This document shows, in pieces, positions 26,087 through 39,029 of a stretch of 64,000 nt of DNA. The DNA is from Rhina ancylostomus (taxonomy: Eukaryota). The notes under the pieces were generated by a model that was not told the DNA's origin, did not search any database, and was given only the letters and a program-made list of their open reading frames with translations. The translations under genes and the position numbers were made by a program. Location of the stretch: positions 43,443,214 to 43,507,213 of the forward strand of contig JARFYF010000063.1 in assembly GCA_030265395.1 (NCBI GenBank), in the 5' to 3' direction. Each line of letters begins with the position of its first letter. The first letter of the stretch is position 1.

Positions 26087-26542
26087 CTGCAATATGTCAA
26101 AAAATAACACTTAGATTTTTCCTTTATGTTCCGTACATGAGTGAAGCAAGGGAGCCAAAAGAAGGTGAATGCATGGGAAATAAGTCTCAGAGCCAAGTAA
26201 GGTAAAAATTCAAAACAGATAATAAAAATAACTAATATGTTTTTGACTCGAAAATCCTTTCACTCTGTTGGCCAGTTACTCTTCATTGTGCTGACCTACT
26301 TCTGTCACTCTCTTTGGGCTGGCTTTAGCGTTAAAATTTACCATTCCACACTTCTGTAGCTGCTACAATGCCAACTATCATGATATACCTGTGAACTCTG
26401 GCCCTGGGGTTTTCTGTGGAACAAGTTTCTGAAGTGTCTCTGCCGAGAAGATGGCTGCCTCCATCGATTGCCCATGGTCAATGTCAAGACTTATTTACCA
26501 GTGTTTTCCTCCATTCTCAATGGTGTGTTATGTTTGACTTAC

Positions 26543-26821
26543 CAAGCACTTTCAAACTGAAGTGTTTGCTGACCTCCCCAGCTTCATTGGCTGCCACACA
26601 GGTGTACTTTCCACTGTCCTTCACCTCAGCTGCAGAAATCTGCAGTGACATTCCCTGGTTTCCGACCGTCATGTGAGGGCCCAGTTTGAGAGGCTGCGTT
26701 TCTTTCAGCCAGGCTAACGTCGGAGTTGGTGTTCCATCGGTGATACACGTCAGGGATGCTGGATTTCCCTTTACTATTGTGAGGTCATCGGTGCCACCAG
26801 CACCATCCAGCCTCGGAGGGA
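26543..26821 (-). CDS. HMCN1: HMCN1 exon (279 nt, phase 1-1, one whole Ig domain)
   Basis: VPPRLDGAGGTDDLTIVKGNPASLTCITDGTPTP...DSGKYTCVAANEAGEVSKHFSLKVL; ag/gtaag. Confidence 0.95.
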
Positions 26822-27471
26822 CTGTGGGAGGCAAAGAAAGCAACGGAAAGTAGTGAATCATTTGACCAAACTCTGCTCATGCTGAATGTGTAGTCTGTGC
26901 CGACATTCCCTACTTGTAATTGCAACCATGTTCTTTATATGCATATTCACAATTACACCACTGATCAGGGGAAACTTTCCTGATATATTCCAACCTTCAC
27001 ACATCCTTCTGCCATAACCACTAAATCAAGTCCAAACACATGATAAATTCAACCCGTGAGACAAAAGATATGATCATTGTTCAATAAAATAAAATCCTAG
27101 GCAGCAGTTCCTGGGCATCCAGGTGAGCCAGGAGGTTTAGGAAGATAGGGGGTTTGGGGATTCTCACTGGAGGACCCACAGGAAGAAAAGAGGACTGTCA
27201 GATCATGGGACCTTTCAGCACAAGCAGAAAAATGGCTGCTAAGAAAAGCTTCAGACTGTAATTGTAGTCAATAATGCAAGAATGCTGTGTAAGTGACCTC
27301 ACTGCTGCTCATCCTCACGGCAGTCTCATGTGTCAATGAAGCTTTTCAATGATACTAAACTTGCAGTGTAAACAAACTCTTTTCCACAACACATAAGTGC
27401 AAATGCTTAGAAACCACAGCCCAAAGTGAAGATGGTGTAAAGTAATGCACAATCCCTGTTAGTAAACTCAC

Positions 27472-27569
27472 CATACACTATTAAGTTGTAATGCTTGTTG
27501 TCCACACCAGCTCTATTAGAAGCCACACAAGTGTATGTCCCATCATCCGAAACCTGTGCCCGCACAATT
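27472..27569 (-). CDS. HMCN1: HMCN1 exon (98 nt, phase 2-1)
   Basis: (R)IVRAQVSDDGTYTCVASNRAGVDNKHYNLIVY; ag/gtgag. Confidence 0.95.
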
Positions 27570-29235
27570 CTGTAAAAGAGTAATAAATAGCACTGACTAT
27601 CTAGCTTCATCTTGGAGTTGGGTTTGGGGACAGTGATATCATACAATCTTATTTGTTGTGGACACATTTTTGGCTATTCTTTACCATTGATGCTGCTGAC
27701 TCAAGTGACTGTCCCGATTACTTCATGGAAGCGCCTCTGGGAATACTTGACCTTTCCTTAAGTTAACTTATTTAGCAACCTCCAGTTTAAATCAGGAAAT
27801 AACAAGTGTTAAGAATTCCTTAGTCAGGATTTGAATTGATCTAAAACTTCCTGTTAAACTTTACTTTTTGGGCAATGTGGAGCCACATATTATTCTTAAC
27901 TTATATATTCAAAAATAACTATTGAAAACCAAAAACAAAATCAAAATTGCAAACTCGGATCTTTTGACGATGGAGAGAGAGAATCACTTGAAAATCAGGC
28001 AGAAATTTTCTGTCAGGATTGATCTTCCTTTTCGCTTTTAGGAGCCATCTTCTTTCCACACCTTTACAGCATTTCCCACTTTTATTTGAAAGTCCATATT
28101 TTTATCAATCATTGTAAATGCAAAATGGCACTTCAGTTGAGTGAACTGGGCCTGCCCATTACACTGGTAGCCTACCTGGTGCTGCCTCCTTGCGTGCTGA
28201 TTCATTAGAGTGCTCACGGTCCTCTGTGCTAAACACACCTAGGTACATAACCCCTATGCTTGACATTATCTTGGGCTACGTACTGCTTCATCGGGAACCT
28301 GGCACTACTCCTTGCCCTTCCCACTACTGTGCTGGAAACCTGGTGCGACTCCCTGCTTTCCACTGGCACTCCCCCAGCAATGAATCATCCCATGGGTTGA
28401 TATAGTGAGGCTGCAGTGATCAACACAGTTGCTCAGTGCTGAGACACGGGGCTAAGGGCTGCACCGGGACTGGCATGGTGAGGTGAGTGCAGGCCATTGC
28501 TGGGGACAAGCAGCTGACCATAGAGAACTGTCTGGCCTGGGGACAGCTGTGCAGCCAAACAAAGAAACAGGGAGATATCACATCCAGCAGGTGGTGAGAA
28601 AGATCATAGGATCTGGTGGTCTGTCAACAGATGGAGCTGATGCTGCCAGTCCTCAGCAATACTCACGGTCATCCTGCTGGTCAGGGTGTAGCCCTGTGTC
28701 CCACCTCGCAGTGCTGAGCAGCTGTACTGCTCACCTGAGCCCACCCAACACCAGTTCTCACAGCAGCCTCTCTGCACCGAGCTGCGATGGTGATTTATTG
28801 CTGGGGCAGCGCCAGGTTTTCAGTATAGAAGTACTGTCAGTAACACATCATGATGTATGATATGTAAGATCTATGATAACCCTTGATAGCTCTGATTCCA
28901 GTATTGCTCTCATTCCTGGGAATGCATCCTAAGTGTATCGTGAGGTACCAGTGTACTAAGGCCAGGAAGTAATCCCAATGCTCAATTGCTGATACTTAAT
29001 GTGTCTTTATAACCTTCTGCCTCTCAGCATCTTCAGAGTAAATTAAGAGTCAATGCACCATCTCCAATTAAAGCTTTCCTGGGATTACCTTCTTCAATCT
29101 TCTGCATGGCACGAAGTCAGATGCGGCAGAACATGTGCCTCTGACCAGCTTGAATATTCTGCACCAAATGGGCCTTGACCCCCTCAGTTTACAAATTCAA
29201 TTTAAAAAAAAAACACTGCCTTCCAGAAAACTAAC

Positions 29236-29419
29236 CTCAGAATTTTCCCAGCAGAGAGCAGCCGGATCTGAGATGAAATGGGCAGAGGAAGTCCATTCTT
29301 TAACCAGTTGAGCTGTGGAGGAGGGGAGCCAGTAGCTTTACACTCAATGTTGATAGAGTTATCCAATATGGTAGTGAGTTCCTGGTTCCCTTTCTGATTA
29401 CTGTGAATGGTTGGTGGAA
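29236..29419 (-). CDS. HMCN1: HMCN1 exon (184 nt, phase 1-2)
   Basis: VPPTIHSNQKGNQELTTILDNSINIECKATGSPPPQLNWLKNGLPLPISSQIRLLSAGKIL(R); ag/gttag. Confidence 0.94.
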
Positions 29420-30579
29420 CTGGAGCAGAAATGATATTGACATATTAGTAGATATTTGTGACTTACTATTTTATAAATAGATCAGTTAGAATCCCCGAAT
29501 CGCACAATAATATAAATCTGAAAGGTTATTTTCCAGATCTCTAAATATTTAGTTGAATAAATGCTAAAAAAAGCACTTAAAATGTTACAAGAAAAACTGA
29601 AAAAGAGAACTAAATATAGTTTATGATGACATACAATATTAATATTGCTCAGTACCAAAAATAATACGATAAACCAAAGATTTATTTTACATACATCAAG
29701 TTAAATTGATCAAGTTATTAGTTTCATTTCTCTTTCTTTCTTCTTTCTCCTGAAGCCATCAATGTTCTGGATGTTGCTCTGACCTGGCACCTCACCCAAA
29801 GTGTCATTCTGGCTGTGAGCCAAATCAGTGAATTTGGGCAAGCTATTTGACTCTGTAGGATCCAGTTTACATGCACATGTTGTAGAAAAGGTCACTGGAC
29901 ATTGATCAGAGATTTTTCTGAAACTTGTCTAAAACATCAAAATCTAGCTGGAAGTTCTCTTTGGCTCAATGAAACTCAAGCCTGACTTCAAAACTTCGAC
30001 ACATGATCCACATAATTTTACAGTGCTGGAAAATACTCCATTGCACAGGATGTGGTTTCTCAATTGACTTCTTAAGCAAGTCTTGAATGCTTATTCTTGT
30101 TGTTATGATTAATGGTGTCCCTTGCATTGCTCAAAGAATAGCAGAGAAAGTTTTCCATGTCTTGATGAAAGTATCAACTCAGCCAAAATTGTCAGATGTT
30201 CACACTGATTTTATCACCGTAGCTTGCGATAAACAGTGGTGACATACCGCAGCCTATTATAACAGTTGTTGCATATTTTGAAGTAATTGGAGATATTTGT
30301 GAATGAAGTGAGAAGGCACTACACAAAAACTTCATTTTGACTTTTCCCATTTGTAACCTGGGGACAATGAAACCATGAGAACATCACAACCATTGCCTTG
30401 GGTGAGGTCAGTGAACTCAATTCAGATCAGGCACTAAACATGAGCTCATCTAAATGTTGGATTACCTACTTAGCTACCTAGACATCTTATACTTTCCGTC
30501 TCTGGCATTTTTTGTACAGTAAAAACTAAGAACAGTAGAGCTTTAGGGAAGTTCTAAGTTTGTCATTGTCATTACTCAC

Positions 30580-30704
30580 CATAAACACTGAGGTTGAAAA
30601 TACGATCTTCCTCACCAGCAGAATTGGTGGCCACACAAGTGTATTTACCAATGTCTGCAGTCACTGTCCCATTAATGTGGAGGGTGCTACCATCTGGACT
30701 CGCT
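30580..30704 (-). CDS. HMCN1: HMCN1 exon (125 nt, phase 2-1)
   Basis: (R)ASPDGSTLHINGTVTADIGKYTCVATNSAGEEDRIFNLSVY; ag/gtgag. Confidence 0.94.
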
Positions 30705-31677
30705 CTGACAGAACACAGCCACAACAAGTATATAAATCACAACAGCAAGCTTTTCTTCACTGAAGTACACAACATAAAATGTTCTGCATGGCTATGCCTG
30801 TTCGCTCCTGGAGTTATTGCAGTGGAAATCACATTGGCAGCTGTTTGCACAACTTCTCTGGTCTTCTGCCTGACACATGGCAGGTGACTGAGAGAATATC
30901 CACAAGAATTCCATACCACAATGTTTCATAGAAGACTATACCGTTCAAAATCCATTGAGAAACAACTTTAAATGTACATCAGATAAAAGAATCTCCAGAT
31001 ATTGTGGTAATTACATGAATACATCTACAACTCAATAATAGTTCTCACATGAAATCATTAATAATAATTACCATAATGTTGATTTGTTAACTATGCATCA
31101 ATGGAAATCTAGAAAATATGTTTGCAACTAAAATTTGAAAGAAAAGCACCATTATCTCTGGGGCTTGAAACAAAAGCAATTTATGCAATGGGGTGAAAGT
31201 CATCTGAAGTTAAATGAATTTGGTTAGTTTATCATAACAATAATTAAGTGATTGCTCGCTCCAAATTGTTAGACTTATTGAGACTGACAGGTGGAATATG
31301 TCATAGAATTTCATGCAATTGTTGTTTGGATTCTTCAGTCAATGATTGGAACAGATTAAAAGTAAGCTTTAACCTGTTCTGTGCTCTCACTGTGTCTTAT
31401 ATAATTAGGGGTGTTTGCTACTGCACCTGGCTTCAAAGAGAGAAGTATTGCACTTCATCTCAAAGTGCTGACATTGTCAATTAGGATGAAGGATGGAAAT
31501 AAATGAAAGGAAATGAAAGGAAACAAGATGTGTGTAAAAAAGGTATTTGGTTGAGTGTGGGGTCTGTATATGTCAATTTATATCACACATTTCCACAAAC
31601 AATGTAGGTGCAAGGATCTGATAATTACCTCCATGATTTTGAAAGGCACAAAGAAAAGGTTGAAGGTTCAAAATTAC

Positions 31678-31837
31678 CTGACTCGTTTATCGTCAGCATC
31701 ATTCAGAGGTTTGCCGTCTTTAAGCCACTGCACTGAAGGTCTGGGGATGCCATCAGCAGCACAAACCAGCTTCACGTTTTCACCCAGTAGAACACTGACT
31801 TCACTGGGCATCTCAGAACCAAAAATACTAGGAGGGA
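31678..31837 (-). CDS. HMCN1: HMCN1 exon (160 nt, phase 1-2)
   Basis: VPPSIFGSEMPSEVSVLLGENVKLVCAADGIPRPSVQWLKDGKPLNDADDKRV(R); ag/gtaat. Confidence 0.94.
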
Positions 31838-33759
31838 CTGTAATGCAACAGCCAGAAAAACTTAGTACAGAGCAAGCAATCCAAATTTCAATTTCAATAA
31901 AATCTCTAAAACCAATGGGTATGAAATTATGGTATTATTTTTAGAAAGAGGGAATGTCAGTTTGCTCAACAGGCCAGATACTTTATGCAAGATTGCAACT
32001 TCAAGGACTTTGCTTCATACCCTAACCACAAATGTCTTCCCTTTACATTAAGGTACTTAGTTGCCCCTTGAATGCACTTACTATGATTCTCCAGCAATTA
32101 CCTTGCAACTTTTTGCACAGGTCTATAATTCTTTGGTGGAAAGAACCTGTTTGATTCTTCTTGGTTTATTTATTTTGATTTAGTATTTGAAGCTTCCACA
32201 ATAGTAACAATTGATCCAACTCTCCCATCAATCTCTCCACAATCTTGAAAATACATAGAGGATATTTGATGTTTTGCAAATCTTCTTTGACTTGGGTTAT
32301 AAGCAATATCTGCATTAGTTCTGTTATCATATTTTGTTTACAGCTGTTACTCCAAATGGGCCCTCACCTTAATTGTCTCTAATCTCTCTGTAATGATGCG
32401 AGAAGCCCTAATTTGTGGACATGGGAACCATCATGTTTATTTAAGCTTTTTAACAAATATAAATGTATTTGCAATGCAAAATATTACATTCGTTGTTAAA
32501 AGTTTAACAGGAGATCGTCGTATTACTATTCCATGTTTCAAGTTTGTCAGTTCCCCATTGTATTAGAATAATTAGAACATTTTAATTGGAATTCTGGACT
32601 GGAATGAATTAGTGAGATTCAAGGGATAAAATTGTTCTTTGGGCAATAACAGCTGTTTCTTTTATACCTACCCGAGTTTCCTTCCATTGAAGTCTGCCAA
32701 GTCATTATTCCCCGCTTCCTCCCTTTATTGCCCAAACCTTGTTATTACTTTAGATGATCACATTAATGACTTCTCAGGAGAAAAGTTATCATCTTTGAAC
32801 TCGAACAAAATTACATTATTCCTTTTAAATGGCTACAGAATCGACACATACATTCAAATATGCAGTATTTTTAACATAAACATCCTAACGAATGCCCAGC
32901 AATAGCAGATTTAATCAAGATAATTTAAGGGATGGTTGTGCAGCCGGAGTTTGAGCTGGATCTTGAAGTGCGCTCCAGCACTTGCAAAGCAGACACCAAA
33001 ATTAAGATGGAGTGGGGAAAGTGTGAGGTTAGAGATTAGAGCTTGGACTGAGTTTGGAGTTTAGGACATGAGAATGCAGAATCAGGAAACTCCAATCCCA
33101 GAGGGGAATTTAAAAATATGAGCAAATTGAACAGTGCAATGGTTGAAGAATCAGGTAAGATGCATTAAGAGGAATGGTACCATGCAAGATTTATTTTCAG
33201 ACTGGTTATATCTTTATGAAGTTGGAGTTTACTTAGCAAAAATCAGCACTGGAGAAACTGAGCTCAGAGGTGGGATTGGTAGGGTGCGATGCAAGGGCGA
33301 AGTCTGCAGATGCTGCAAAAGTAGTGATAGCAGATCCTGGTTGTTGAAGAGATCTGGGATTTGAGGTTCAGCTTGGAGTTCATGATTGTTATCTGTCTGG
33401 TTCAGACTGAACAGACAAGTGGTAATTGGATAAAAATGGGTGCCGGGGGTATGTAAATAAGGTGACTCAGTCATGTGGATGTTCATTAAGGAACACCATT
33501 TTTATTAAATCTGACATTGTTCTGTGTTGAACATTCATTGACGTTAACATGAGGAAGATTGGGAGGATGAAAGTTGGGGTTGGTTTCTAATGTATTCTTT
33601 CTCTTGAACTTGCTATATGATTGTCTTCGACTTGTTCTTTCTAGCTATGCATTCAAACTAAGCAAATTGATTCTGATACAGTAACCAGCCTGAGACGATG
33701 ATCTAATGATAAGCTCAAAGCAGTAGAGAAAGTACTCAGGACACTCGGCTCTTGCCCAC

Positions 33760-33909
33760 CTTGGATTGTCAGGATGTAGGTTTTCTGAGCCATCCCCTCT
33801 ACATTGGCTGCCACACAGGTGTAGGAGCCACTGTCTGCAAGCTGTGAGCGAGCAATCTGCAGCTTGCTGCCTCCAGATAGAATGTGCATCTCCAAGGACT
33901 CAGCATTTT
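33760..33909 (-). CDS. HMCN1: HMCN1 exon (150 nt, phase 1-1)
   Basis: ENAESLEMHILSGGSKLQIARSQLADSGSYTCVAANVEGMAQKTYILTIQ; ag/gtggg. Confidence 0.94.
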
Positions 33910-34470
33910 CTGAAGCAAAAGAACACACAATAGAACATCATCCATTGTCCATTTTAGGAACAAATGATAATAGAAAAATGAAAATTCAAACAATTCATAT
34001 TCATTTGATGCTGATTCTGTTTAGGCTGATCCTAGTTAGAAGAGGGGTAAACACCTCCTTCTTCCTTATTTATTAGTCTTTAATAAAATATAAATTGAGC
34101 TTATTAATGATTTAACTGCTCAATGATTTTCCATTTAAATTCGGCTTACATGATTTACTGGAAATATATTGTGCAGAATATCTAAACATACAGAAAGGAT
34201 ATGTGTTGTATACATAAAAGCTGTCTATATAAAATCAACCAAGAAGCAAATACAGACCTATTTAAAGGGTATAATTATTTTCCAACAAAGGGTAGCTAAG
34301 AACTTCATTCTGAACATTTATAGCATGTAAAACTTTACCAAATAATGTAAATAATACGACTGCACAGTGCTATCCAAACCAATTACGGGCAGATTTATTC
34401 TGAAAGTATTTTTCAGAAAGAGAAGCAGTATTATCCAGTCAGCTTGATAACCTATCAGAACTAAAACACT

Positions 34471-35554
34471 GGGCAAGAAACTTCTTCACACAGTTTCACT
34501 ACAAAATGGTGCTGTGCTGTGGAAAGCAGGGTTAACCCAAACAGAGCAGGATGCCCAAGGCTCTTTGGAGACATGATTCTCACATTTCATCTCCTAAGCA
34601 TGTTTTTTTCTGACATAAAACTCATCCAAATAATCAGAGTGAAGACAAAAAAATGTCTCCTGTGAGATTTTCAACTTTACTGATTTGGATACCAGACATT
34701 CTTATTGAATCACTGAACAACCAGGTTTTAATAAGCCTGCTTGTCCGTGCTGTTTAAAGGGCCAACATCGAAACTGCAGTCTTGTGTCCTCACTTTGACT
34801 TGTGACCCCCTGATAAAATTTCACTACTGCCTTGATTACTTTGCCCAGGGAGATCAGAGTCACAGTCATGCTAAGCTTCCTAATCTATGATCAATCCAGG
34901 CTGTACTGCTGATCTCTGCCCCATCTCACAGTTTGCTGCCCACTGCTGGATCAGGGAAGTGACCCAAACTTTGCACTCAGGAAAAGAAGGCTCCATATGC
35001 TTTTCCTTCAGACCATAAGAGCAGGTAGGATACAGGCATTGGCTTGCATCTCAGGCTTCCCCAAACTGCAGACACTCAGAGACTCCTGCTGTGTCCTTGG
35101 AGATCTCCCTGCAACCTCTTGCCAAAAATGTCCAGCTACAGCTCGAGTGAGTCTTGGTGCCCACTGTGCACAGAGAACACAACTCCTTCAGGCTGTGCAG
35201 GTCCCACAGACCTCCTCAGATCCTTCGCCAATGTTCCCTCCCATTAATGCAGCATCCACTCATGCAGTAGCAACATTCCCCTGCAGGTGGAAGAGTATTG
35301 CTTGTACTGTGGCACATCTCTGAAAGCTGGCTGCATACTGAGTATTGCGAGAATGTGCGATCCATCAGTTGGAAATGTGCTGCAACCAACCTTGTCGGCT
35401 CCCGGGGGATATTACACAGGGAACCCCATCAACTCTGTTGTGCGAACTTCACAATTAAAGTTTTTGTTCTTATGACACTTTCAGAAACATTGTTAGAACA
35501 TTCATCAATGCTACTTTAATGCCAAAAATAGCTCGTGGAGCAATTTCTAGGCCC
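34471..35554 (+). mobile_element. Possible decayed PIF/Harbinger-type DNA transposon derivative
   Basis: Imperfect terminal inverted repeats GGGCAAGAAACTTCTTCAC / GTGGAGCAATTTCTAGGCCC; internal ISGFPKLQ resembles the HARBI1-type IAGFPxVxG motif; no matching TSD. Confidence 0.35.
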
Positions 35555-35729
35555 TAATTCCACCCCCCACCCCACAGATATTGTCAGAGCTGCTGAGAAT
35601 TATCAGCGTCTGTGGTAATTTACTTCTAGATGCACAACAAGCAGTTTGGCCAACCTTTGATTAGGATTATTTACTCAACAAGATAATCTATGGGCCAGTT
35701 TTAGCAGTCCAGGTTACAGCAGTATTTCC

Positions 35730-36432
35730 GAGTTGCTGTTCCTCTACTTTGCGTTTGGCCTCCTCATGCAGTGCAGAAGGCCAAGGACAGACGAGAGTGG
35801 GAATGGGAACCGAGAGTTGTAACAACATGCAACTGAAAGCTCAAGATGGTCATTATGGACAGAGCACAGGTGCACTGTGAAACATTTTGTCACCTACACA
35901 TGGTCACGCCTCATATTTCGCTTGGGTAGCCTGCAGCCTAGGGGTATGAACATTGAATTTTCCATTTTCAGGTAACCCACTCTCACCAGTCCATTCAGGG
36001 TCTCTCTCCCTCTTTTACCCCTCTCTCCCTTGTTACCCAGATTCATCACCCTTTTCCACCTGGTTCCATCAACCCATTGCCATTTCTCATCTCTCGGTTA
36101 CCTTTCTTATCCCTTCTCCCTCCCCCACCTGGTTCCATCTGCATCATCCCTCCCTTACCTGGTTCCACCTATCAATAACCCTTCCCCTTCCCAACCCCCA
36201 GCTCGCTCAATCTCTTAATTTATATTTTTCTTATGTTTCCACCAATCGCCTACCAGCCTGTCTCACCCCTCCTCACTTGTATATACTGGCCATCTTACCT
36301 CTACACTCTCCTGATGTAGGGTCTCAACCTGAAACATTGACCATCCCTTTGACTCCACAGATTCTGCTCGACCTGCTGAGTTGTTCCAGCAGTTTACTTT
36401 TCTCTCCGGCTTCCAGCATCAGCAATCTCTTT
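35730..36432 (+). mobile_element. Penelope-like retroelement 3' fragment with an inverted 5' segment
   Basis: 35907-35975 (+) encodes RLIFRLGSLQPRGMNIEFSIFR*, followed by a pyrimidine-rich UTR, a hammerhead-like motif at 36311 and the terminus; 35730-35880 encodes the preceding peptide on the minus strand. Confidence 0.78.
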
Positions 36433-37371
36433 CAGCTCCATGTCGCTTTGTCCTTGTTCTTGAAACTTTCTAAACTTTCCTTCATCAAAACAAATGCCAA
36501 CTCCCCAGCTATGAGTTGAGTTTGCACAATTCCACCCCACACTATCTCTGGTTTGCTAATGAGGGAGTGCAGCGAAGGTTCACCAGACTGATTCTTGAGG
36601 GACTGCTGTATGAGGAGAGATTATGTCATGGACAGGAAGATGGTACTTGATAGATAGATGATCAGCCATGATCAAACTGAATGAACTCATAGAGCCAAAT
36701 AGCCAACTCCTGCATTCAATGTTTCAATTAAATATCCTAAGCAATTCCTATTTCTATTCCCTTCTGCAGGAGTAGGGTGACTTTCTGATTTCTGTGGTCA
36801 ACTATACATGTGAAATTACTAAGGAATGGTCAATAGTTTACAGGTTAATACAGGTGGTAGATTCATCATGAAAATTTCTATTCCAATATTCTAGAAATGG
36901 AAATAGTATTATGTTTGATTGAAGTTAATCAAGGGCATATTCCCAGGACAGATCTCCCAGTTAATAGGGCAGAACAAGGACAGATCTCCTAGAAAATGCT
37001 GCCAGCAGTGTGAGAGAAACATACACAGCTCCCTACCTGTGGTTTGTGGCAAAGTATTTCCTTTCTCCTGACTGTGCACTGTATTCCAATTCTTGGAACC
37101 ACTCACACTGGGCCACAAAGACTTTCAGTTGTAGGGAACACAGCTACCATAAGGCAAGGTAAAATAACATATGCAAGCTGCAGGCAAGTGCGGCTGTCAC
37201 ACAATCATGTGTCACGTGATTAGTGCTTAAGGGACAACCACAGACCAGGGAGTAGAAGCATGTCTGCAGGCACTATGTCAAAACAACAGAAAGAACCCCT
37301 TCCAACATAACTTGTATCAGGCAACTTTAAAATTAGTCAGAAAATCTGTATGGATTCAGTAGCATAGCCAG

Positions 37372-37470
37372 ATTCTGACAAAAGGTCTTCGACCTGAAGC
37401 ATTAACTCCGTTTCTATTTCCACCTACATTGCCTCACCTGCTGAGAGTTTGCAATTCTGCTTTTGTTTCA
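37372..37470 (+). mobile_element. Isolated PLE-type terminus with degenerate hammerhead-like motif
   Basis: CTGACAAAAGGTCTTCGACCTGAAGCATTAAC, then the shared TTGCCTCACCTGCTGAG arm. Confidence 0.6.
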
Positions 37471-37868
37471 ATGGTACAGCTAACTGAATCCTCAAAGTCA
37501 AAATAAAGCTCTGCACTCAAGTGTACTCTGCTCTCTGTATCGTACAGCATCACAGTGTGAAATGAAACGATAGTACATATTTTAGCACTGATTTACACAA
37601 AAGGTATTTCAAACATTCCAAATGAGTGAACTAAATAAAATGTGTAGCACTCTGACATTTACTAGGTATACTGGAATTAAGTGAGACCACACTCCAAAGA
37701 GAACAATTGCTGGGGAAAAAATAAAAACAATTCTTCTTTTCCAGATAATGCTGAATTTATGCTGATACTTCGATTATACCACTAGGGGGCATTATCTACC
37801 TATCTTAAGGCAAGCAGACGTATTCCTTTTTCATTTAGATCAGTGCCAAAGTAGCAGCAGCATCTTAC

Positions 37869-38000
37869 CAATGGTCCTCCCATTCCTCAGCCAAGTTAAT
37901 GTCGGTGGAGGAATGCCAGTAGCATCGCAGGCAAAAGTGACAGGATTGCTAATGACCTCATTGACTTTTTCCTCTGCCAGGCCTTCAATTCTGGGTGGGA
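37869..38000 (-). CDS. HMCN1: HMCN1 exon (132 nt, phase 1-1)
   Basis: VPPRIEGLAEEKVNEVISNPVTFACDATGIPPPTLTWLRNGRTI; ag/gtaag. Confidence 0.94.
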
Positions 38001-39029
38001 CTGCATGAGAAATAGAACAGTTGAATGATGTATAATTATTTCTTTATGTTTTTCCTGGCAAATACTGAGCATAACAAACCTTCCAATTTATGTGGCTGCA
38101 CAGAAAAATGGCCAAGATTTCCAAGCCTGTTATTGTGCTCCTCTGCTTTTGAGTGTTCAAAAGAGATACTTGAGATTGAAATTCTTTTGCTGTAATACAA
38201 TTTGACATAAAACTGCATTGGAGAAAGGTCAACTGTCTACTTATGAAGGTGTTTAACTGCAGTGAAAACATACATTGTGACAAATGCACACACAAAGACA
38301 CACATGCACTCAAATGCGCACGCACACAAAGGTATGAGCTGGTTTAATTTTACCCTATTTATATTCAGAGGGGGTGAAATCAACTCCTGCAAGGGTTGGG
38401 AGCAGCTAATTTAGTACAGTGCTGGGATTTAATCTGGGATGCTTCCTGAATTATATGGCTCAATGCATAATGTTAGAAAGATAACTGGACACCTCAGGGG
38501 TGGTTCTTCAAAAAGATAGCAACACCTGTTTTAATGCAAAGAGCAGCACATAATAGTATATACTTTTATGCTCTGATGACATACTTTGGCAGGAGTAAAT
38601 GCATTTAATATTTTCAAATTGCTGAGAAAAGAATGCCAGTGACAATGATGTGCAGGGGAATGAATTGCTCTGTCAGGAAACAATAATGGCAATAATAACT
38701 TTGTTTCCGCAAATAGCTCCAAAATAAATAGAATAATTTTCCATGTCCCTGGTTCTGGCACCGAGCCACTTCTGTCGCCATTTGAAGTGCGCGAAAACAA
38801 AAATCCACAAGTTGGATCTTGAATTTTTGCAATTTGTTTCATTATTTTAATAAAATATAGTAACTGATTAACACATTAGATTTCTTCTGTGTGCCTCATA
38901 TACACAGAGATATCTCTCAGGTCACGGAGAATATGGATGTTAAACAAGGAGAGAGCACTCACTTGTTGGCCTTGGCAATGGCAACACACATGTCCCTGAG
39001 CTGGAAGGTTGCTCATTCAAGACTACTGA

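Noticed and set aside
35953-36519. 188-aa Pro/Ser/Leu-rich ORF
   Set aside because: It runs through the pyrimidine-rich 3' UTR and terminus of the Penelope-like copy, so it is open for compositional reasons
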